DNA from: Anaerohalosphaeraceae bacterium
GTDB lineage: Bacteria > Planctomycetota > Phycisphaerae > Sedimentisphaerales > Anaerohalosphaeraceae
DNA: 64,000 nucleotides
NCBI GenBank assembly: GCA_963675525.2
Contig: CAXXSL010000011.1
Span: 384,001-448,000, forward strand
Direction: 5' to 3'
Both the position numbers and the translations under genes were made by a program. Every line of letters begins with the position of its first letter. Position 1 is the first letter of the stretch. This document shows, in pieces, positions 11,123 through 21,875 of this stretch. Below the pieces are notes generated by a model, which had not been told where the DNA came from, did no database searches, and was given only the letters and a program-made list of their open reading frames with translations.

Positions 11123-11728
11123 ACACTTTTCAGCTTCGAGGAGGAATTTTTCGATTTCCTGATTCAAAAGCAATGGAAGGTATTTTTCAATTTTGTCATC
11201 TTCCCAATCCCACCACGCAACATTGAGCAATCGCCTGATAGTCTCATCATCAAACCGCTTCTTAATAAGCCGTGCCGGATTTCCCGCCGCAATACCGTAT
11301 GGGGGAACATCCTTTGTAACAACCGCTCCGGCCCCGATAACCGCCCCGTCACCAATTGTAACACCGGATAAAATAATCACCCGGTAACCGATCCAGACGT
11401 CATTGCCGATGACAACATCTCCTTTCGTAGCAGGATGTCCTGTAAAATCGGCAGCAGACTCCCACAAGTAACTAAATGGATACATTGTAGCCCAGTCAAC
11501 CCTGTGCTCCCCTCCTAAAAAGATTTGAACATCTGCACCAAAAGAACAAAAAGCCCCAACTTTTAACGTCGTTCCCTCATTCCATTCTATCACCTTGGGC
11601 TTACCATATGACCATTTACCGATATCATATTGAGGAAATCGATCCTTTAAAAACCTGCTTTCTTTTTTTCTTCTGAAAAACCTCACGGTTGTTCCTTTCA
11701 CAGAAACAATTCGAAAATATATTTTCAT
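11117..11728 (-). CDS. CatB/Vat-like hexapeptide-repeat O-acetyltransferase
   Basis: [36 protein letters not shown] and WWDW motifs. Confidence 0.9.
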   Translation of the reverse strand: MKIYFRIVSVKGTTVRFFRRKKESRFLKDRFPQYDIGKWSYGKPKVIEWNEGTTLKVGAFCSFGADVQIFLGGEHRVDWATMYPFSYLWESAADFTGHPATKGDVVIGNDVWIGYRVIILSGVTIGDGAVIGAGAVVTKDVPPYGIAAGNPARLIKKRFDDETIRRLLNVAWWDWEDDKIEKYLPLLLNQEIEKFLLEAEKCL

Positions 11729-12772
11729 TTAAAGCACATAATTCCAAGGTGTCGAACAATATCCTTTCTCAATCAGTTCGATAAAGTACTGTGCCATTGT
11801 TGTGCAATTATATTGGCGATGCGCATGATCCATACCCGCATTTGCAATTTTTTGTCTCTCGTCCTCATGATTTAAATGCCAATCAGCCCGTTCGAAAAAC
11901 TCCTCTTCTGTATCAAAATAACAAAGATGCTTTTTGTCTTCGAATAACAATTCCGTATCCGGAACTCGTTTTGACAAAACAAATGCCCCGCAGGAAAGCG
12001 AATTAATTTGCCGGTCTGAATGGTAAAGCGGCACATCATTACAGATATTGATACTCAGTGCGATTTTGGCTCCGCTCAAAGCATGAAAATAATCCATCCC
12101 TTCTACGCGGGGAACCCCGAAGGAGCCATAAACCCGCCCTTTCGGCATTTTCGATATACGCTCAATTAAATCATACCGGTCACCTGTTTCACCAAGCCGC
12201 TGATGCGTTGCTTTACCGGTAAAAATCACATTCGCCTCCCATTTCTCATCAACATCATATCGAAACTGAATATCCGGATCACAGATATTGGGAAAAAACG
12301 CACATTTAGGAACACCCGCATTCTTGTATGCCTGAAGAAATCGTCCTCCGCTGGTAGTAATCACCATATCACATTCTTTAGCAATTGCCAGCCTCTCGAT
12401 ATTTTTCTCCGGAAATGGGTCTTCATCTCGTCCAACAATCAACACGTCAGGAAGTGCCTGGCGAATCACCTGAATCGTTACCGGCTCAAGATATTTCATG
12501 CCGAATACAAATATAATATCCGGGCGATACGCTTTAATCTGATTGAGTAACAACTCATCTGTATAGCGCTTGACAAATTTAGGCATAAAGCGACGAAAAT
12601 GCCTGCCAGAAAAAGGATTGAACTGTGTCAGAATATTGCGGTAAGCAAATCGCTGGACATCATGTCCGGAACGAAGAAAACCCTTAAGCCACATTCGCGA
12701 TTGCAGGCGTATCGACCGCTCTGACTCATCCTTGAAATCCGCAATCATGAAAATTCGTTTTGTCCTGTTCAT
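11729..12772 (-). CDS. CgeB-like GT-B glycosyltransferase
   Basis: AKIALSIN, SDR, SCGAFVLS and ERQKIANAG motifs. Confidence 0.8.
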   Translation of the reverse strand: MNRTKRIFMIADFKDESERSIRLQSRMWLKGFLRSGHDVQRFAYRNILTQFNPFSGRHFRRFMPKFVKRYTDELLLNQIKAYRPDIIFVFGMKYLEPVTIQVIRQALPDVLIVGRDEDPFPEKNIERLAIAKECDMVITTSGGRFLQAYKNAGVPKCAFFPNICDPDIQFRYDVDEKWEANVIFTGKATHQRLGETGDRYDLIERISKMPKGRVYGSFGVPRVEGMDYFHALSGAKIALSINICNDVPLYHSDRQINSLSCGAFVLSKRVPDTELLFEDKKHLCYFDTEEEFFERADWHLNHEDERQKIANAGMDHAHRQYNCTTMAQYFIELIEKGYCSTPWNYVL

Positions 12773-12864
12773 TTCGTCTTTGCCTCAATAAATATAACGC
12801 TTAAAAGTATCCCCGCGGCAGGGCCGTCAATTACTCCGAATCGAACATATATCTGCATAACATA

Positions 12865-13806
12865 TTAATCTTGCCGGGGTGAGATCAGTCGAAAATAGTT
12901 GCGGTCCACATGGGGTGTCTGTGACGGATTCTTTTGAATGAAATCAATATCCAGCCGCATCCCTTCTTTATACTTTTCATTCAACCGTTCAACCGTCAGG
13001 TTTTCATCATCATCCCATGCGTTGTACGTAGTGGTATTGACGCAGTTGACCTGAATGGCACTGGCACAAATTTTTTGAAATGCCAATAAATATCCAAATC
13101 CATCGGAGTTATTCTGTACATGTCGACAACACCAGGATTCAAAGGTATTCGGATTATAGAAATAACCCAACTTCTTCAATAGCTTCCGCCGGGGATAGAC
13201 ACAACCAATAAGCTTCGTCAAAAACGAACACGGCGCAAATCGCGTATGCATAAAATCGCCGCCCTTCATTGTCCCGGCTATAATTCGCTTGATATCTTCG
13301 GTACGATAGATCGTCGCGCAAAGCTCAAACGGATACTGTGTATTTTCCGTCTTGCCTTTTGTCCAGTTGGCCCCATAAACCTGTTGGTTATCGACCTTAT
13401 ATTCTTTCAAATTACCCGCCTCAATATCTTCCGGCATCTGCCGTTTATCCAGCCGGAGCGAAAACCCCAGCAAATCCGACCCAAGCATTTCAAATGCTTT
13501 CTCAATCACTTCTAAACCCACACTGTCAAAATAGACCACATCGTCGATACCAAACAGCAGATAGTCCGTGCAGGTATTGTGAATTGCCGCCAGTAAATCC
13601 GAATGAAAATCCGTTTCACGGATAATCTCACAGCCGGGAAACTGCGAGAAACAGTATTCGTATTCGGCATCAAACAACTCCGGCTTATACAGAATCACCG
13701 TCCGGAGCAACTCCGGCGAAAAACACCGACGTAATCCTTCCAAATATCCATGCAACTGCATCGGCCTGTTTTTCGTAAATACGATGTTTGTAATCTTTTT
13801 CTGCAT
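12865..13806 (-). CDS. Putative GT-A fold glycosyltransferase
   Basis: FTKNRPMQL, FGIDD, GFSLRL and NPNTFE motifs, within the glycan locus. Confidence 0.55.
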   Translation of the reverse strand: MQKKITNIVFTKNRPMQLHGYLEGLRRCFSPELLRTVILYKPELFDAEYEYCFSQFPGCEIIRETDFHSDLLAAIHNTCTDYLLFGIDDVVYFDSVGLEVIEKAFEMLGSDLLGFSLRLDKRQMPEDIEAGNLKEYKVDNQQVYGANWTKGKTENTQYPFELCATIYRTEDIKRIIAGTMKGGDFMHTRFAPCSFLTKLIGCVYPRRKLLKKLGYFYNPNTFESWCCRHVQNNSDGFGYLLAFQKICASAIQVNCVNTTTYNAWDDDENLTVERLNEKYKEGMRLDIDFIQKNPSQTPHVDRNYFRLISPRQD

Positions 13807-13808
13807 GC

Positions 13809-14624
13809 CTATCTGTCCAGTGAATTATCCGCCATGATCTGCCGGAATTGTTCGGAATTCATAATTTTATCCAACAGGCGACGGGTTTTACGTAACGTTC
13901 GGTTTCGTAGATTATATTCATCTGCGTTGATGACCTGCGTCGCATGGGCCAGATGCCACAGATACCGCTTCATCACCCGGTCCGGCAATTCTACAGTGGG
14001 ATATCCCCTGTCGGCAAGCTCAAAATACAGCTTTTTACCAACGGTCAAGCCTTTATCACGGTCCATCAAAAACGATAGGCTTTCCTTTTTCAAAATCTCC
14101 GTGCGGTAAATACTGCACACCGTTCGGTTATAATACCGGTACATCCCAATGGGGTCGGGCGTACGCGACAGCTTGCGTTTAAAAGTCTTAAAATCCGTCA
14201 ATTTCTTAAGCCACACGCTCCACATCGGAGTCAATTCACATTTGCCCCCACCGACACAGGCTAATTTGGGATTGTCCTTAGAATGCCGCATCAACTCACC
14301 GAGCCAGCCTTGTTTATGAACAAATGTGTCGGAGTGCATCGCCATAAAATACTCCGTATCGCAAAGCCCCAGCCCTATATCCAACGCCGCAGCATGGGCA
14401 TATCCTCCGGATGAATCTGTGGTCTTGTCTCTTCGCTCGACAAGCTGTATCCAGTCAAGGGTTTTAAGATACTCGGTTGATTCATCTTGCGAGTCATTAT
14501 CGATAACCAGAACTCTGTAAGGGTAATCGGTGTATTTGCGAATACTACGCAGACAAAGACGTGTCAAATCCAGCGTCTTATAATTCACCACACAGATTGT
14601 TACCGTGCCCTTTTCCATGGACAA
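13809..14624 (-). CDS. GT2 glycosyltransferase
   Basis: VVNYKT, VIDNDSQD, HAAALD and MHSD motifs. Confidence 0.85.
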   Translation of the reverse strand: MSMEKGTVTICVVNYKTLDLTRLCLRSIRKYTDYPYRVLVIDNDSQDESTEYLKTLDWIQLVERRDKTTDSSGGYAHAAALDIGLGLCDTEYFMAMHSDTFVHKQGWLGELMRHSKDNPKLACVGGGKCELTPMWSVWLKKLTDFKTFKRKLSRTPDPIGMYRYYNRTVCSIYRTEILKKESLSFLMDRDKGLTVGKKLYFELADRGYPTVELPDRVMKRYLWHLAHATQVINADEYNLRNRTLRKTRRLLDKIMNSEQFRQIMADNSLDR

Positions 14625-14638
14625 ACAAAGCTCCCTGG

Positions 14639-16777
14639 CTACTGATTCGCACCCATCAGTTGGGTTTCATAGAGACGTTGATAGACATTGCTCGAAGTCA
14701 TCAGCTCTTCATGTTTGCCCTGGGCAACGATTCGACCTTCATCAATCACGACAATACGATCGGCAGAAATAACCGTGCTGAACCGATGTGCAATCAGGAA
14801 ACACGTGCGGCCTTTCATGATATCCCCGAGAGCCACATGAATCTTAGACTCGCTTTCGGCGTCGATTTGACTCATGGCCTCATCGAAAATTAAAATCTTC
14901 GGATTCTTCAGGATTGCCCGTGCAATAATGATACGCTGGAGTTGGCCGCCGCTGAAACCAGAGCTGTTTTCACCAATCACCGTTTCATACCCTTCGGGCA
15001 ACGGTTCGATGAACTCATGAGCGTAGGCTTTTTGAGCCGCATGGATAATCTCTTCCATAGAGGCGTCGGGTTTGCCATAAGCGATATTGTGGGCAATCGT
15101 ATCATGAAATGTTACTGTGTTCTGTGTTACCATGCTGATCTGTGCACGCAAACTATTTAAGGTCGCTCGGTGAATATCCTGACCATCGATTAGAATCTGT
15201 CCGCTGTCGGGGTCATAAAATCGCGGAAGAAGATTGATGAGGGTTGATTTGCCGGAACCATTCGGACCGACGACAGCGACCGTCTGGCCGGCAGGAACAG
15301 TCAAATCAATGCCCCTCAAAGCAGGCTGCGCTGCATCGGGATAGGTAAAGATAATATCTTTAAATTCAATTTTTTCCTTCAAAAGCTCTAATTCAAATGC
15401 ATCCGGTTCTTCGGGCTCACGCGGTTCGTCCACCACGGCAAAAACACGCTCAGCGGCGGCATTGGCCTGTTGGACATGGTTCCAGACATCACTGACCTTG
15501 CGAACGGATTCTGCCGCCACACCCAACAAAGCGATCAGCACAAAAAATTCAGGTGCGTCGATACCGGAATATTTATCACTGACCCACGCCGCCCCAACAA
15601 GAATCGCCCCGGCCATAGCTAACATCCCCATTACATCCAAAAGTGGGTTGGTACTGGCCTCGATTTTCGCGATTTTGAGATTCTGTCTGAGTAATGCCCT
15701 GTTGACCTGCTGATAATGTTCGATCTCATGCTCCTGCCGATTGTATACTTTTACAACGCGCAGGGCATTCATCGCCCCCTGAATTCGTCCCAGTATTTGC
15801 GCTGTTACCATCAGCGACTTTTTCGTTGCTCTTTTTATCTTTTTCCCCAAGATGGCAAATAACCCAATCACAAACGGGGCCGAAAGTAGAAAGATAAGTG
15901 TTAACTGCCAACTCATATAAAACGCAACAGAAAGAGCCATAATCGCATTGAACGGTTCTCGAATGGTTTTACCCAGAAGGATCTTGATGCCCTTGCAACT
16001 CATGGACACATCACCCAATATCCGGCTGGTTGTATCACTTGTTCCACGAGCGGCAAAAAAACCAACCGACATATACATCACATGACGGAACACATCCTCC
16101 CGAATACGGGTAACGGTAATTTGTACGATCTTTTCGGCCAGGAAAGATTGATAGAAACGAGCCATACAGCGAAAAATTGTGATTATTGTTAACATAATCA
16201 CAATGATGGAAACCGCACGCAACTTCATTTCATCAGTTTCTCTACCACGCGGCATAAAACTTACCGGCCATTGTGCCCAGTCAATATAAAACGGCTTAGG
16301 CGGAGCATTGGCACTGATTGGTGTCAATTGTCCATCGGCTCGCTGCACGGTAATTTCTATGGGTTGCTCACCGGCCTGTGTCGCCAGCAACTCCAGCATC
16401 TTCACCGATGAAACCGCTGATTCTGAAACATCAGGAATGGTTATACCAACGATCTTATCATCTACCTGCAGGCCGTTATCATACGCCCATCCTTTATCGC
16501 CCACATGCACTAACGATAGCTGTCGGCTCATGGCTTCTGAAGAGCTAACGCGAAAGTCCATGCCGTATCGATAATCGCATATTTTGCGATCCACATAACC
16601 GTGCAGACCTTCCTGACCCATCATCACTTTCAACACGGGAATCAGTGTGACCATGCTGACCGACAGCATGGTGGCCATCAGCATCGACCAGAACACCACA
16701 GCGATAATTCGCGGCCATTGACACCATACATAAGCCCATACACGTTTAAACGCGGTTAAATCCGTTGTTTTTGTCAT
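14639..16777 (-). CDS. MsbA-like ABC exporter (TMD+NBD) with a PDZ-like loop insertion
   Basis: Walker A GPNGSGKS, FSGGQ signature, DEAMSQID and IAHR motifs, with multiple TM segments. Confidence 0.9.
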   Translation of the reverse strand: MTKTTDLTAFKRVWAYVWCQWPRIIAVVFWSMLMATMLSVSMVTLIPVLKVMMGQEGLHGYVDRKICDYRYGMDFRVSSSEAMSRQLSLVHVGDKGWAYDNGLQVDDKIVGITIPDVSESAVSSVKMLELLATQAGEQPIEITVQRADGQLTPISANAPPKPFYIDWAQWPVSFMPRGRETDEMKLRAVSIIVIMLTIITIFRCMARFYQSFLAEKIVQITVTRIREDVFRHVMYMSVGFFAARGTSDTTSRILGDVSMSCKGIKILLGKTIREPFNAIMALSVAFYMSWQLTLIFLLSAPFVIGLFAILGKKIKRATKKSLMVTAQILGRIQGAMNALRVVKVYNRQEHEIEHYQQVNRALLRQNLKIAKIEASTNPLLDVMGMLAMAGAILVGAAWVSDKYSGIDAPEFFVLIALLGVAAESVRKVSDVWNHVQQANAAAERVFAVVDEPREPEEPDAFELELLKEKIEFKDIIFTYPDAAQPALRGIDLTVPAGQTVAVVGPNGSGKSTLINLLPRFYDPDSGQILIDGQDIHRATLNSLRAQISMVTQNTVTFHDTIAHNIAYGKPDASMEEIIHAAQKAYAHEFIEPLPEGYETVIGENSSGFSGGQLQRIIIARAILKNPKILIFDEAMSQIDAESESKIHVALGDIMKGRTCFLIAHRFSTVISADRIVVIDEGRIVAQGKHEELMTSSNVYQRLYETQLMGANQ

Positions 16778-16866
16778 AAATCCTTTATCTCCGGCTTGTT
16801 AAAAGGGTCAAAGCCTAACCGATAACACCAGTCAGGTCAAGGGCTATTTCGCCCCCGCATACCAGA

Positions 16867-17880
16867 CTACCGACCGGAGTACATCGCTTCATAATATTGT
16901 TGATATTGACCCGAAACAACATGATTTAGCCAATCGGTGTTTTCCAGGTACCAGTCAATCGTTTTGAGGATACCCTCTTCAAACGTCACCGTCGGTTTCC
17001 AGTCGAGTTCGTTCATGATTTTCGATGAATCGATCGCGTATCGGCGGTCATGGCCGGGGCGGTCCTTGACATAATTAATGAGTGATTCCGGTTTGCCCAG
17101 ACGCTCCAGGATCAGCCGAACCACTTCGAGATTGGTCTTTTCGTTGTTACCGCCGATATTATAAACCGTCCCGGGCTTAGTTTCAGTCAGAACCTTCCAG
17201 ATCGCCGTGCAATGGTCATACACATACAGCCAATCGCGAACATACAAACCGTCGCCATACATCGGCAGTGACTTGTCATTCAGTGCATTATTTATCATCA
17301 ACGGGATCATCTTTTCCGGGAACTGGTATTGGCCGTAATTATTGGAACATCGTGTGATGTTGTATGGTAGTCCCCAACTATGACCAAATGCCGCAACCAG
17401 CATATCGGCAGAAGCTTTGCTGGCAGAATACGGTGAATTGGGACCCAGTGGTGTACTCTCCGTAAAAAAGCCTTCCTCACCCAGCGAACCATAAACTTCA
17501 TCCGTAGAGACCTGTAAAAAACGTTGCAGCTTTTTATCCAATGCGATCTTCAGCAGTGTCAGTGTTCCTTTGACATTGGTTTCAATAAAGATGCCCGGTT
17601 CGACCAGAGACCTGTCTACATGGCTTTCGGCCGCAAAGTTGACAATCGCCTCAATTTTGTGTTCATCGATGAGTCCGGCAACCAAGTCCGCATCACAAAT
17701 ATCCCCCCTCACAAAAACATGGTTAGGATTATCCGTATAGCCTTTCAGGTTTTCAAGATTGCCGGCATACGTCAATACATCCAGATTTAACACAAGCGTA
17801 TCGGGGTGTTCTTCCAGTACCATACGCACGAAGTTAGCGCCGATAAAACCCGCTCCGCCGGTGACAAGTATCCGTTTCAT
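16867..17880 (-). CDS. rfbB: dTDP-glucose 4,6-dehydratase
   Basis: GGAGFIG, AAESHVDRS, STDEVYG, YSASK and DRPGHDRRY motifs. Confidence 0.97.
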   Translation of the reverse strand: MKRILVTGGAGFIGANFVRMVLEEHPDTLVLNLDVLTYAGNLENLKGYTDNPNHVFVRGDICDADLVAGLIDEHKIEAIVNFAAESHVDRSLVEPGIFIETNVKGTLTLLKIALDKKLQRFLQVSTDEVYGSLGEEGFFTESTPLGPNSPYSASKASADMLVAAFGHSWGLPYNITRCSNNYGQYQFPEKMIPLMINNALNDKSLPMYGDGLYVRDWLYVYDHCTAIWKVLTETKPGTVYNIGGNNEKTNLEVVRLILERLGKPESLINYVKDRPGHDRRYAIDSSKIMNELDWKPTVTFEEGILKTIDWYLENTDWLNHVVSGQYQQYYEAMYSGR

Positions 17881-18725
17881 AATGTCTCCAAATATGATTT
17901 CAACATGTCCTGCCAGCTTGGGATTTTTCGCCCAAGCAGACGTTCTATTTTTTTACAACAAAATCGGCTGTTCAGCGGTCGCTTGGCAGCCGTTTTAAAG
18001 TCAGATGTTTTACAAATATTGACCGGTGTTTTGATCCCCAGTGTGTCAAACAAAAAACGGGTCATTTCATAGCGGCTGACATAGCCGGTGGCCGCAAAGT
18101 GAAAAAGCCCCTTTGGAAATGTTTCTTTTTCCAGACAGTCACAAATGGCCTTGGCCACTTCCAACGTATGTGTCGGCGACCCAATCTGGTCATCGACAAC
18201 TTGAAGTGAGTCTCTTGTTTTGGCGGCGTTGAGAATCTTCGTGATAAAATTAACACCGTTCTCACCGTATGTCCACTGGACACGCATAATGCAAGATTCG
18301 CAACCGGATTCGACAAGTAATCGTTCACCCAAAAGCTTAGACTGGCCATAGGCACTGAGAGGGTTGGTTGCATCCGTCTCGATATAAGGCTCCTGCTTGG
18401 CACCATCAAACACAAAATCCGTACCGATATGCAACACGGGAATCTTTGCCGCATTGGCAATCCGGCCTAATTGCCCGACCGCATGCCCATTTATCATCTC
18501 AGCTAAATCCGGCTCACTTTCAGCTTTTTCTACATTTGTATAAGCCGCACAATTGACAATCACATCGCTATGAGCCGCTATTACTTCAACCTGTTGTTTA
18601 TCTGTGATGTCAAACTCCGGCAAATCATATACTTCCGTTGTATAACCGCGAGATTCAGCAACCTGTGACAAATTGCTGCCAAGCATTCCCTTACCGCCCA
18701 AAATAGCCACCGTGCCAAACGCCAT
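17877..18725 (-). CDS. rfbD: dTDP-4-dehydrorhamnose reductase
   Basis: GKGMLG, NCAAYT, TDFVFDG, YGQSK and DDQIGSPT motifs. Confidence 0.95.
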   Translation of the reverse strand: MAFGTVAILGGKGMLGSNLSQVAESRGYTTEVYDLPEFDITDKQQVEVIAAHSDVIVNCAAYTNVEKAESEPDLAEMINGHAVGQLGRIANAAKIPVLHIGTDFVFDGAKQEPYIETDATNPLSAYGQSKLLGERLLVESGCESCIMRVQWTYGENGVNFITKILNAAKTRDSLQVVDDQIGSPTHTLEVAKAICDCLEKETFPKGLFHFAATGYVSRYEMTRFLFDTLGIKTPVNICKTSDFKTAAKRPLNSRFCCKKIERLLGRKIPSWQDMLKSYLETL

Positions 18726-19289
18726 CTATTGCGCCCCTTCATAAACAGGGAGCTTATCCTTGGGAATATCTTTCAAACGGGGATTTGTCAAGTCCTTTGA
18801 CGACAGAATCGGCTCCTGAATCAGCCAGTCGATACCCACATCCGGGTCATTCCAAAGTACGCCGCCTTCCGTTTGAGGATTGTAGAAATCCGTACACTTA
18901 TATGAAAACAGTGCCATCTCACTAAGCACACAAAAACCATGTGCAAAACCAACCGGCACATAAAATTGACGATGGTTTTCACCCGAGAGCAGGCATGTAA
19001 CAGCTTTGCCGAATGTCGGACTCCCCAGGCGGATATCCACCGCCACGTCCAGCACCTCGCCTTTTAGCACCTGCACGAGTTTCCCCTGTCCTTGCGGATG
19101 TTGATAATGCAGGCCGCGTAACACACCTTTACTGGAAGAAGAAACATTATCCTGGACAAACATCGCATTAATTCCCGCTTCTACATACCGATCCCGACTC
19201 CATGTTTCCATAAAGAAGCCGCGTACATCCCCAAAAACTTTCGGCTCAAGAATCAAAACGCCCTCAACATCCGTCTGTATCACATTCAT
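18726..19289 (-). CDS. rfbC: dTDP-4-dehydrorhamnose 3,5-epimerase
   Basis: [18 protein letters not shown] and GFAHGF motifs. Confidence 0.97.
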   Translation of the reverse strand: MNVIQTDVEGVLILEPKVFGDVRGFFMETWSRDRYVEAGINAMFVQDNVSSSSKGVLRGLHYQHPQGQGKLVQVLKGEVLDVAVDIRLGSPTFGKAVTCLLSGENHRQFYVPVGFAHGFCVLSEMALFSYKCTDFYNPQTEGGVLWNDPDVGIDWLIQEPILSSKDLTNPRLKDIPKDKLPVYEGAQ

Positions 19290-20167
19290 GGACGCTGCCC
19301 TTTCACAAGACGAATCAGATAGTCGCCATAATGATTCTTTTTTAACGGTTCCGCCATTTTCAAGACCTGCTCGGCCGTAATCCAGCCAAGGCGATAAGCA
19401 ATCTCTTCCGGACAGGAAATCATTAATCCCTGCCGCTGCTGAACGGTCTGAACAAAATTAGCCGCCTGCAGCATCGAATCATGTGTGCCCGTATCCAGCC
19501 AGGCAATGCCGCGGCTGAGAAGCTGTACTTTCAGGTTGCCCTTCTGCAGATAGGCTTTATTGACATCTGTAATTTCCAATTCGCCTCTTGGTGAGGGTTT
19601 GATCTGAGAAGCAATATCGACGATCTGTGAGTCGTAAAAATACAGCCCCACCGCCGCATAGTTGGACTTTGGATCAGCCGGTTTTTCTTCAATGCTGAGC
19701 ACGGTACCTGCCTTGTCAAACTCGATAACACCATAACGCTCCGGGTCGCTGACATAGTATCCAAAAATAGTAGCGGCTTCTTCATCCGTCATCGCCTGCT
19801 TCAGAGCCGTCATCAGACCGTACCCGTAGAAAATATTGTCGCCGAGGATAAGGCAGGCAGGCGAACCGTTCAGGAATTCCCTGCCAATGATGAACGCCTG
19901 GGCCAATCCTTCGGGCTTCGGCTGTTCGGCATACTCAAATGTGATACCCCACTGAGAACCGTCGCCGAGCAGATTGCGAAACTGCGGCAAATCATACGGT
20001 GTGGAAATCACCAATATCTCACGAATTCCGGCCAGCATCAAAACGCTTAGCGGATAAAAGATCATCGGCTTATCATACACCGGTAACATCTGCTTGCTGA
20101 CCGCCTGCGTCACCGGATACAGCCGGGTACCGCTGCCGCCGGCTAAAATAATCCCTTTTCGAGCCAT
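19286..20167 (-). CDS. rfbA: Glucose-1-phosphate thymidylyltransferase
   Basis: [29 protein letters not shown] and WLDTGT motifs. Confidence 0.98.
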   Translation of the reverse strand: MARKGIILAGGSGTRLYPVTQAVSKQMLPVYDKPMIFYPLSVLMLAGIREILVISTPYDLPQFRNLLGDGSQWGITFEYAEQPKPEGLAQAFIIGREFLNGSPACLILGDNIFYGYGLMTALKQAMTDEEAATIFGYYVSDPERYGVIEFDKAGTVLSIEEKPADPKSNYAAVGLYFYDSQIVDIASQIKPSPRGELEITDVNKAYLQKGNLKVQLLSRGIAWLDTGTHDSMLQAANFVQTVQQRQGLMISCPEEIAYRLGWITAEQVLKMAEPLKKNHYGDYLIRLVKGQRP

Positions 20168-20203
20168 AAATACCTTTCCTGAACATTGAAATTTAAGAGG
20201 CGG

Positions 20204-20232
20204 ATTATACCGAAAAACAGCACGTGTGTCAA
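20204..20232 (-). promoter_or_regulatory. Consensus sigma70 promoter of the rfbACDB operon
   Basis: TTGACA-17 nt-TATAAT on the minus strand, 36 nt upstream of the rfbA start. Confidence 0.8.
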
Positions 20233-20301
20233 CGCAAGCTCAGAAAAATCGAAGGGTTAGCGTATTTCAGACCGGTTTTCAAAAAATTACGGAGAATATA
20301 G

Positions 20302-20333
20302 AAAAAGCCGGGGATTGAAGCTAATACCCGGCC
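20302..20333 (-). terminator. Intrinsic terminator of the 458-aa secreted protein gene
   Basis: GCCGGG...CCCGGC stem followed by TTTTT on the minus strand. Confidence 0.7.
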
Positions 20334-20369
20334 TTAAGAGTATCATGACATGTTAATCCATTTCGATAA

Positions 20370-21746
20370 TTATGTGCCGTATAGCCAGTTTCCAGCTAGT
20401 ATGGAAAAATCAACCAAATCATATGGGTCCAACCAGCTATCACTGTCTGCAAGCATAATGAGATCGGCCAGATCCACCTGTCCATCCCCGTTCAGGTCGC
20501 CATCGACAGGTGGATCAATTCCGTACATCCATTGTCTGGCAAACTTGGCAAATACCGGCAAATCATTGTCGACCAACCAGCTATCGGTGTCTACAAACAT
20601 AATGAGATCGGCCACATCCACCAGTTCATCCTCATTCAGGTCACCGCCAATCGGGAAGATTTCATAAGCACCGACATCAACTCGATCATAAAGAACGCGA
20701 TTAAAACCGCTGATATCCTGTTGGCCTGCATAGTCACCGGCCGGATCACCTGCATTGATGCACACGGAAAATGCGTCCAAATAGAAGTTTAAACCGTCGG
20801 GGTCAATAAAATTCGGATCATCGCTGAGATTATTATCTCCCGCACCTGTCCAACCGTCTTTTATAACACTATAGCTCACTATGGGTGAACTCGTGGACGA
20901 ATGAATCTCATTGCCGCTGTTGGTTGCAGAATCGCCCCACATAATGCAGTTGACTACGCTCGGAGTACTATCTTGATAACAATGGATCGCGCCTCCTTGA
21001 GTTGACGTGTTTTGGCTGAATGTGCAATTCGTTATCGTTGGATTACACCTTGGCTCCGAAGGAGTATTTGAATAACAAGAAATCCCACCACCACGGTAAG
21101 CTTTATTACCGCTGAATACACAGCTAGTCACGATTGCATCACTATCATAAAGGCCGATCCCTCCGCCATACCCTTTACGAGGGTCGTATTCTTCTCCGTC
21201 GTCCCCATTGCCGATAAACGTACAACCGGAGATCGTTGGCTGACCTAAGTAAGAAAAGAACCCGCCTCCGATGCTGCCGCTACCGGTGAATGTATTATCA
21301 CTGAACACGCAGTTTTTTATGATTGGAGAAGTGTTATAGCAATTAATGCCCCCTCCAAACCCGCTGGTCTTGCCGTTTTGGATCGTAAAGCCTGCGATTA
21401 CCGTATCGGCCGTCTCGCCATTATTACAGGTTATAACACTACCCGAAGCACCACCGTCAATAACGGTCGCAGCAACAACGGTTAAATCGTTCGGGTCCGT
21501 ACCGGTCAACGTTACCAACTTCCCGTTAAGGTTAAGGTTCTCGGAATAAAAACCTTCGGCTACGATAATTTCATCATAGTTTAAAGAGTTGTTTATGGCA
21601 GTCTGAATCGCAGTGTATGCATCAGCCCAACTGGTTCCGTCTCCTCCGGGTGCCGCCGAATCATCGACATAGATTGTGTTTGCTGAAATAGAAGATGAAA
21701 TAAATATCAAAAATAATGCCAAAACAGAAAAACGCGCAAGAGCCAT
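20370..21746 (-). CDS. Secreted right-handed beta-helix protein with two C-terminal dockerin/EF-hand-like repeats
   Basis: Signal peptide, YVD..GDGTSWADAY, repeated GGG..C...SP...NC.F..N, CINAGDP, and two GDLN.D..VD.ADL...W repeats. Confidence 0.85.
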   Translation of the reverse strand: MALARFSVLALFLIFISSSISANTIYVDDSAAPGGDGTSWADAYTAIQTAINNSLNYDEIIVAEGFYSENLNLNGKLVTLTGTDPNDLTVVAATVIDGGASGSVITCNNGETADTVIAGFTIQNGKTSGFGGGINCYNTSPIIKNCVFSDNTFTGSGSIGGGFFSYLGQPTISGCTFIGNGDDGEEYDPRKGYGGGIGLYDSDAIVTSCVFSGNKAYRGGGISCYSNTPSEPRCNPTITNCTFSQNTSTQGGAIHCYQDSTPSVVNCIMWGDSATNSGNEIHSSTSSPIVSYSVIKDGWTGAGDNNLSDDPNFIDPDGLNFYLDAFSVCINAGDPAGDYAGQQDISGFNRVLYDRVDVGAYEIFPIGGDLNEDELVDVADLIMFVDTDSWLVDNDLPVFAKFARQWMYGIDPPVDGDLNGDGQVDLADLIMLADSDSWLDPYDLVDFSILAGNWLYGT

Positions 21747-21809
21747 GACCCTTCTCCTAAAAAATTATCTCCTGTCATCGATTGAAACTATACAACCCAT
21801 TTGGGAAAT

Positions 21810-21838
21810 ATTATATCCACAAAATGATCACATGTCAA
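21810..21838 (-). promoter_or_regulatory. Consensus sigma70 promoter of the 458-aa secreted protein gene
   Basis: TTGACA-17 nt-TATAAT on the minus strand, between the pheS stop and the gene start. Confidence 0.8.
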
Positions 21839-21875
21839 CTCTTTTTTGTGTTTTTATGGGACGCCGACGATTTGG

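Noticed and set aside
11117..11728. Antibiotic-resistance acetyltransferase (cat/vat)
   Set aside because: The glycan-locus context favours a sugar O-acetyltransferase.
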